Assembly (NCBI GenBank): GCA_951406725.2
Contig: OX597835.1
Span: 4,960,001 to 5,024,000 of the forward strand
DNA from: Octopus vulgaris
Taxonomy: Eukaryota
DNA length: 64,000 bases
Direction: 5' to 3'
The translations under genes were made by a program, and so were the position numbers. Positions within the stretch are counted from its first letter, which is position 1; each line of letters opens with the position of its first letter. Under the pieces are notes generated by a model. It was not told where the DNA came from. It saw nothing but the letters and a program-made list of their open reading frames with translations, and did not search any database. Below are positions 63,443-64,000 of the stretch, one piece after another.

Positions 63443-63827
63443 TAGAAAGCGAGGGAGAGAAAGAGAGAGAGAGTTAGAAAAAAAAGAAGGAAGAAATAGG
63501 TGTGTTTCTGTAAAGGAGATACATGGTGACCTAGCCAAAGGGGGAGAGCAAGAGAGAGAGCGATCAAGAAGGAGTGCAGAAACAGGTGTGCTGCTGTAGA
63601 GAAGATACATGGTTACCCAGAGAGAGAGAGAGGTGGGAGGAGAGGGAAAACCTACAAATAATTACTGTTTTACTCTTGCCTTTTACTGAGCTTTTACTTA
63701 ATTCCTTAAATTATTCTCTAAAACTTTTATCTAGGTATTCTGCGCCCTTGAAGCCTGTGATGTTTCAAAATGCCCCAACCAAATGAGTCCACTTGTAAAG
63801 AGTAATGTCTTCATCCTTGAGCTTCAG
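2245..63827 (+). CDS. VWDE: VWDE-like (von Willebrand factor D and EGF domain-containing) multi-module protein; 32 exons in window, partial at both ends
   Basis: 32 exons with AG/GT boundaries and compatible phases join into a stop-free frame of 5030 nt. VWD hallmarks: CNSLNDPHMTTFDG, GEFVLYRH, CNCGVAI, TEGLCGTFDG..ND, FSLSWR. Tenascin-type EGF: CINECSNKGRCIAGICDCEKSFTGPDC. The symbol denotes family likeness, not proven orthology. Confidence 0.85.
4434..4526 (+). CDS. Exon 2 (module 1, b)
   Basis: ttcag|GTT...GAG|gtcagt; 93 nt; VRCSVSICEKNDCLNSSVSEKISEPLTLSIE. Confidence 0.88.
5070..5288. mobile_element. piggyBac-type MITE (219 bp)
   Basis: TTAA|CCCTTTAGT...ACTAAAGGG|TTAA; near-identical copy at 13163-13381. 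Confidence 0.8.
5886..6152. repeat. (ATT)n microsatellite with about 66-bp insert
   Basis: Read directly; unique insert at 5974-6039. Confidence 0.9.
6172..6537 (+). CDS. Exon 3 (module 1, c)
   Basis: ctccag|GTA...AAG|gtaaat; 366 nt; VISPKYIELMEG...KAKNDMISDPDQ...ETLK. Confidence 0.9.
7246..7665 (+). mobile_element. SINE family A
   Basis: Full-length copy; 5'-truncated copies at about 3573-3870, 27955-28099, 43856-44020 (+) and 15802-16110 (-). Confidence 0.85.
8572..8645 (+). CDS. Exon 4 (module 1, d; VWD start, divergent)
   Basis: ttcag|TTG...TACAG|gtacag; phase 0-2; LKIINRDRQAVCIAFSPIITNFNY; paralogous to 38423-38499. Confidence 0.82.
8781..9126 (-). mobile_element. tRNA-headed SINE (distinct family)
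   Basis: Head GTGAAGGCGCGTGGCTCAGTGGTTAGAGCG...TCGAATCCC; flanking direct repeat AATGGTCA. Confidence 0.75.
9825..10132 (-). mobile_element. SINE B' (family B head, different 3' half)
   Basis: Shares about 190 bp 5' with family B, then ATGGACTGGTGTCCCGTCCAG...; TSD GATGTTTAGGAT; related copy at about 19080-19380 (-). Confidence 0.75.
10321..10384 (+). CDS. Exon 5 (module 1, e; VWD)
   Basis: aacag|C...AAG|gtttgt; 64 nt; FYEFPYAGEFLLYHNRQFQHK. Confidence 0.88.
10493..10538 (+). ncRNA. Decayed minimal hammerhead-like motif
   Basis: GACAC-CTGAAGA-A-GTCTG-gagggtatat-CAGCT-GAAA-TG-TT-GTGTT; base of stem II mismatched. Confidence 0.45.
10619..11001 (-). mobile_element. SINE family B
   Basis: Full length; TSD ATCAATATATAT. 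Confidence 0.88.
11073..11498 (+). mobile_element. Non-LTR repeat family C with internal 60-bp subrepeats and (GAT)n tail
   Basis: GGAGTGGTTGGCATTAGGAAGGGCATCC...CCAACCCATGCTAGCATGG...TTAAA(TGA)n. Other copies at about 2605-2870, 17733-17960, 29232-29617, 33663-33972, 46134-46385, 46999-47157, 47987-48160, 48355-49009, 62257-62705. Confidence 0.8.
11529..11918 (+). mobile_element. Non-autonomous Helitron
   Basis: A|TC 5' end; 3' hairpin CCCGAGCAACGCTGGG then CTAG|T; no TSD. Confidence 0.75.
12029..12244 (+). CDS. Exon 6 (module 1, f; VWD)
   Basis: ttcag|GTC...AAG|gtatat; VHIFNRYCKNKATCTCAIGVQSGVDVVVFNRC...DGKIYK. Confidence 0.9.
12540..12659 (-). mobile_element. R4/Dong-like non-LTR retrotransposon endonuclease fragment
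   Basis: RLAWKVKQLWSMKKVAVVPIIVGALGTVSKSLEKYVEQI, adjacent to a (TTA)n tract. Confidence 0.65.
12801..12906 (+). CDS. Exon 7 (module 1, g; VWD)
   Basis: ggcag|GTA...GAAG|gtaaga; VIFSTGTVVTVNVGTIPHYISARIEASPSDLQNTE(G). Confidence 0.9.
13163..13381. mobile_element. piggyBac-type MITE (219 bp)
   Basis: TTAA TSD, CCCTTTA/TAAAGGG TIRs. A diverged reverse copy starting at 17544 is interrupted by a family C repeat. Confidence 0.8.
14582..14642 (+). CDS. Exon 8 (module 1, h; VWD end)
   Basis: tgcag|GT...TATAG|gtaact; (G)LCGMYDDNGMISQSSPLSY(R). Confidence 0.87.
14786..15203 (+). mobile_element. Solo LTR (Ty3/Gypsy-like)
   Basis: TGTA...TACA termini, 4-bp TSD TTTA (14782-14785 and 15204-15207), AATAAA at 15083-15088, GC-rich relative to flanks. 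Confidence 0.7.
16228..16388 (+). CDS. Exon 9 (module 1, i; Cys-rich)
   Basis: tgcag|A...TATG|gtaaat; VNSASSIYSGYCG...YCDCIDGETPVCG...YCP. Confidence 0.88.
16648..17041 (-). repeat. Head-to-tail tandem dimer of SINE family D (185-bp period)
   Basis: CAGAGAGGACAAACAAGGAC recurs at 16681 and 16866. Confidence 0.8.
18615..18700 (+). CDS. Exon 10 (module 1, j)
   Basis: ttcag|GT...AAG|gtagaa; VHQVLFDVGYPKCNSEQIEFKYENEEPK. Confidence 0.82.
19783..20395. repeat. Compound (CT)n microsatellite with recurring CTTGCTCTCACTCT motif
   Basis: About 610 bp that is almost purely pyrimidine on the + strand. Confidence 0.95.
20904..21252 (+). mobile_element. RTE-clade LINE 3' fragment
   Basis: Encodes AYTRLLMRAQNLSWKRHPT...RRVQFAGHC, then after a frameshift LLLWKP...AMMDREVWR, followed by a (TGA)n tail. 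Confidence 0.75.
21573..21728 (+). CDS. Exon 11 (module 1, k)
   Basis: tacag|ATA...CAG|gtttgt; ILSWPTESGINASFAILSC...CAKNIQ; WPT-SG motif as recalled from VWDE-like proteins. Confidence 0.9.
21925..22075 (-). mobile_element. RTE-clade LINE RT fragment
   Basis: LEAVDSFCYLGNQFSNGGG...RIIIGWRKFRELLPLL; a further RTE fragment (RLHWYHHVMHMDE) lies at about 61180-61330 (-). Confidence 0.7.
22273..22653 (-). mobile_element. SINE family B
   Basis: Full length; TSD TAAGACAGGACA (22260-22271 and 22654-22665). Confidence 0.88.
23199..23495. mobile_element. Possible Tc1/mariner-type remnant
   Basis: Mariner-like terminus TATGAGCGGGTACCCAAAAGTAA and CCTTCAAAGTATTCTCCATT motif; degraded. Confidence 0.35.
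23760..23913 (+). CDS. Exon 12 (module 1, l; EGF start)
   Basis: aatag|ATG...AAAG|gtatga; MRDDEQ...QCQVHLLKN...FCINDCTNNTSLCK. Confidence 0.87.
24883..25264 (-). mobile_element. SINE family B
   Basis: Full length; TSD ACATAA(A/G)TTGTAA. Confidence 0.88.
26267..26501 (+). mobile_element. SINE family D (tRNA-like head plus Nin/Deu-like central domain)
   Basis: GGCGGCAAGCTGGCAGAATCG...GAGTTCAAATTCC...GCCTTTCATCCTTTCGGGGTCGAT. Other copies at about 5680-5885, 9346-9573, 33997-34210, 39790-39975, 40711-40925, 51254-51455, 58158-58585, 61890-62105. Confidence 0.75.
26809..26999 (+). CDS. Exon 13 (module 1, m; EGF end)
   Basis: atcag|AT...CAG|gtattg; GVCGCKQSFQGADC...GLCNTQTSKCDNIHVFGEYF...FTCKLKEIQ. 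Confidence 0.9.
28979..29197 (+). CDS. Exon 14 (module 1, n)
   Basis: tacag|ATA...CTT|gtaagt; ...AIFLDFNHILCPLP...YDPRCLTCTAAGNCSLL. Confidence 0.9.
29948..30367 (+). mobile_element. SINE family A
   Basis: Full-length copy. Confidence 0.85.
30701..30815 (+). CDS. Exon 15 (module 1, o; last)
   Basis: tgcag|AAT...CAAG|gtaaac; 115 nt; NDHCLIEDKCYNFTDKNPQNDTLVCDPYVNEYEWSTFQ. Confidence 0.9.
31943..32166 (+). CDS. Exon 16 (module 2, a; Ig-like)
   Basis: atcag|TG...AAG|gtaatg; YPYIREQPSFKVE...FACYF...IEWYMD...IKYGSK. Confidence 0.88.
34280..34372 (+). CDS. Exon 17 (module 2, b)
   Basis: ttcag|TTT...GAG|gtaact; 93 nt; FSCAMTACFNSNCSFTRSPPRQSNVISAELE. Confidence 0.88.
35618..35992 (+). CDS. Exon 18 (module 2, c)
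   Basis: tctag|GTA...AAG|gtaagg; VKEKEMVIEES...SVIPPKYFC...VRGTADGLYDGNQ...QIK. Confidence 0.9.
36379..36779 (-). mobile_element. SINE family A
   Basis: Reverse-strand copy. Confidence 0.85.
37281..37699 (+). mobile_element. SINE family A
   Basis: Full-length copy. Confidence 0.85.
38423..38499 (+). CDS. Exon 19 (module 2, d; VWD start)
   Basis: ttcag|ACA...GGACG|gtaaga; TTVVDRDRTALCNSLNDPHMTTFDG(R). Confidence 0.92.
39111..39553 (-). mobile_element. SINE family A
   Basis: Reverse-strand copy. Confidence 0.85.
40242..40305 (+). CDS. Exon 20 (module 2, e; VWD)
   Basis: cttag|G...GAA|gtaagt; 64 nt; NYDNFYEGEFVLYRHKTLPYE. Confidence 0.92.
41075..41278 (+). CDS. Exon 21 (module 2, f; VWD)
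   Basis: actag|GTT...GAG|gtatgt; VHTFYRKCNNRASCNCGVAIQSG...NGQQYE. Confidence 0.92.
42446..42557 (+). CDS. Exon 22 (module 2, g; VWD)
   Basis: tgcag|TTT...GAGG|gtcagt; FRLPIGTTVYVKVG...INVWMKASTNDFNQTE(G). Confidence 0.92.
43300..43359 (-). ncRNA. Decayed hammerhead-like motif
   Basis: Minus strand TAAGAT-CTGATGA-tatg-CCATAAA-agtactc-TTTATGG-gga-GAAA-CCCTGGG-TA-ACCCTA; stem I has two A-C mismatches. Confidence 0.45.
44225..44593 (-). mobile_element. SINE family B
   Basis: Nearly full length with a small deletion in the head. Confidence 0.85.
44765..44983. mobile_element. hAT-type MITE
   Basis: TIR CAGTGGTTTTCAA/TTGAAAAGCACTG; 8-bp TSD CATTACAT/TATTACAT. Confidence 0.75.
45353..45441 (+). 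ncRNA. Type I hammerhead ribozyme motif with canonical core
   Basis: Stem I TTTC-TTC/GAA-t-GAAA; CTGAAGA 45360-45366; stem II GAAAGACACAA/TTGTGCCTTTC; GAAA 45422-45425; palindromic stem III ACACGTGT; GUA cleavage triplet ending at 45433. Confidence 0.75.
45703..45811 (+). CDS. Exon 23 (module 2, h; VWD end)
   Basis: tctag|GA...TGGCG|gtaggt; (G)LCGTFDGDVRNDLYSPNGTLFDIKGRRPDAFSLSW(R). Confidence 0.92.
47412..47483 (+). tRNA. tRNA-Gly (anticodon TCC), intronic
   Basis: 72 nt. Acceptor stem GCGTCGG/CCGACGC plus discriminator A; anticodon arm GTTGC-CT-TCC-AA-GCAGT; T arm CCGGG-TTCGACT-CCCGG. Close to metazoan Gly-TCC genes as recalled. Confidence 0.95.
47497..47912 (+). mobile_element. SINE family A directly 3' of tRNA-Gly
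   Basis: Full-length copy starting 13 nt after the tRNA. Confidence 0.85.
48538..49009. repeat. 63-bp minisatellite, 7.5 copies, derived from family C subrepeat
   Basis: Units start at 48538, 48601, 48664, 48727, 48790, 48853, 48916, 48979; nearly identical. Confidence 0.95.
49244..49525. repeat. Compound trinucleotide microsatellite (CAC)n(TAC)n(TGC)n
   Basis: Read directly. Confidence 0.95.
49605..49774 (+). CDS. Exon 24 (module 2, i; Cys-rich)
   Basis: tacag|T...GATG|gtatac; VMEKNSIYRGICS...FCKCESGKLPAVC...YCP. Confidence 0.88.
49892..50402 (-). mobile_element. Non-autonomous Helitron
   Basis: Reverse copy sharing 5' and 3' ends with 11529-11918 (ACTAGCAGTATCGCCCGGCGTTGCTCGGG on + strand) plus an extra internal segment. 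Confidence 0.75.
50520..50623 (+). CDS. Exon 25 (module 2, j)
   Basis: tacag|GT...AAG|gtaagt; KDITEQIVEKFSFLPACKSNIKESFDYNKTYTPK. Confidence 0.87.
51907..52056 (+). CDS. Exon 26 (module 2, k)
   Basis: tgaag|GTG...AAA|gtaagt; VYKWEAGRKWNKEKAFDFC...IENCVEDIK. Confidence 0.87.
53552..53723 (+). CDS. Exon 27 (module 2, l; EGF start)
   Basis: tgcag|ATT...GCTG|gtaagt; ITDDSSWVLDAL...QC...FCINECSNKGRCIA(G). Confidence 0.92.
55110..55346. repeat. 64-bp inverted repeat with 109-bp spacer
   Basis: 55110-55173 vs reverse complement of 55283-55346, 2 mismatches. Confidence 0.9.
55455..55496 (+). ncRNA. Hammerhead-like motif
   Basis: CCA-CTGATGA-G-GTCAC-agaagt-GTGAC-GAAA-gaa-TC-c-TGG; core and stem II clean, stems I and III imperfect. 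Confidence 0.45.
55761..55798 (-). ncRNA. Minimal type I hammerhead-like motif (A6U variant) in Penelope-like remnant
   Basis: Minus strand reads TCTTT-CTGTTGA-A-GAGC-gtag-GCTC-GAAA-CG-TT-AAAGA; a decayed homologue lies at 46835-46872 (+). Confidence 0.6.
56161..56354 (+). CDS. Exon 28 (module 2, m; EGF end)
   Basis: tctag|GT...GAA|gtaagt; ICDCEKSFTGPDCSISTTVAPQIVDISP...YLCHFVKAE. Confidence 0.9.
56674..57118 (-). mobile_element. SINE family A
   Basis: Reverse-strand copy; a diverged, interrupted copy lies at about 59418-59995 (+). Confidence 0.85.
57547..57780 (+). CDS. Exon 29 (module 2, n)
   Basis: ttcag|CTG...CAA|gtaagt; ...AIFISFEQVECILP...FSSDCFQCLPGKICTLIQ. Confidence 0.9.
58763..59123 (+). 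mobile_element. Non-autonomous Helitron
   Basis: A|TC start; same 3' end CCCGAGCAACGCCGGGCGATACTGCTAG|T; different 5'/internal sequence. Confidence 0.75.
60068..60182 (+). CDS. Exon 30 (module 2, o; last)
   Basis: cctag|GAG...CGAA|gtgagc; 115 nt; EKFCYIEGECYTLGTKKKGDENLVCDSSKNIIMWTDIR. Confidence 0.9.
61385..61632 (+). CDS. Exon 31 (module 3, a; Ig-like)
   Basis: tctag|AT...TCT|gtaagt; FPQLTADVKLE...WICKW...LKWFVDG...LSYGSS. Confidence 0.86.
63735..63827 (+). CDS. Exon 32 (module 3, b)
   Basis: tctag|GTA...CAG|gtaagt; 93 nt; VFCALEACDVSKCPNQMSPLVKSNVFILELQ. Confidence 0.88.
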
Positions 63828-64000
63828 GTAAGTTGAGCAATTCTTCTTATAAATGTTTAATTCTTCAGATTGTGTTGCCAAGCTAACAAGTAGTGTAGAG
63901 GATAATGACTCCTTACTTGTTTTTCTAAAATGCACCAAAAATGTTCAATAATATTGAGATCTGGGGACTGTGGTGACCAGATAAGATGTTCGACTTCCCT

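Noticed and set aside
63869-63886. Possible next exon after ttcttcag
   Set aside because: The required phase-0 frame hits TAA after five codons, and the intron would be only 41 nt.

Overview
Eukaryotic, AT-rich, repeat-dense genomic DNA. The SINE and microsatellite repertoire suggests an octopus (inference, not database-checked). The whole window lies inside one large + strand gene with no start or stop visible. By hand I traced 32 GT-AG exons (5030 nt, about 1676 codons) in one uninterrupted frame. They encode a von Willebrand factor D/EGF (VWDE-like) protein built from a 15-exon, phase 1-1 module of about 760-800 aa: two full copies (2245-30815, 31943-60182) and the start of a third (61385 onward). 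The introns hold an intact tRNA-Gly(TCC) gene, at least five SINE-type families, non-autonomous Helitrons, piggyBac- and hAT-type MITEs, a solo LTR, RTE and R4-like LINE fragments and long microsatellites. They also hold six hammerhead-ribozyme-like motifs in TA-associated Penelope-like remnants; the one at 45353-45441 has a fully canonical core on the sense strand. All coordinates were read manually and need computational confirmation.
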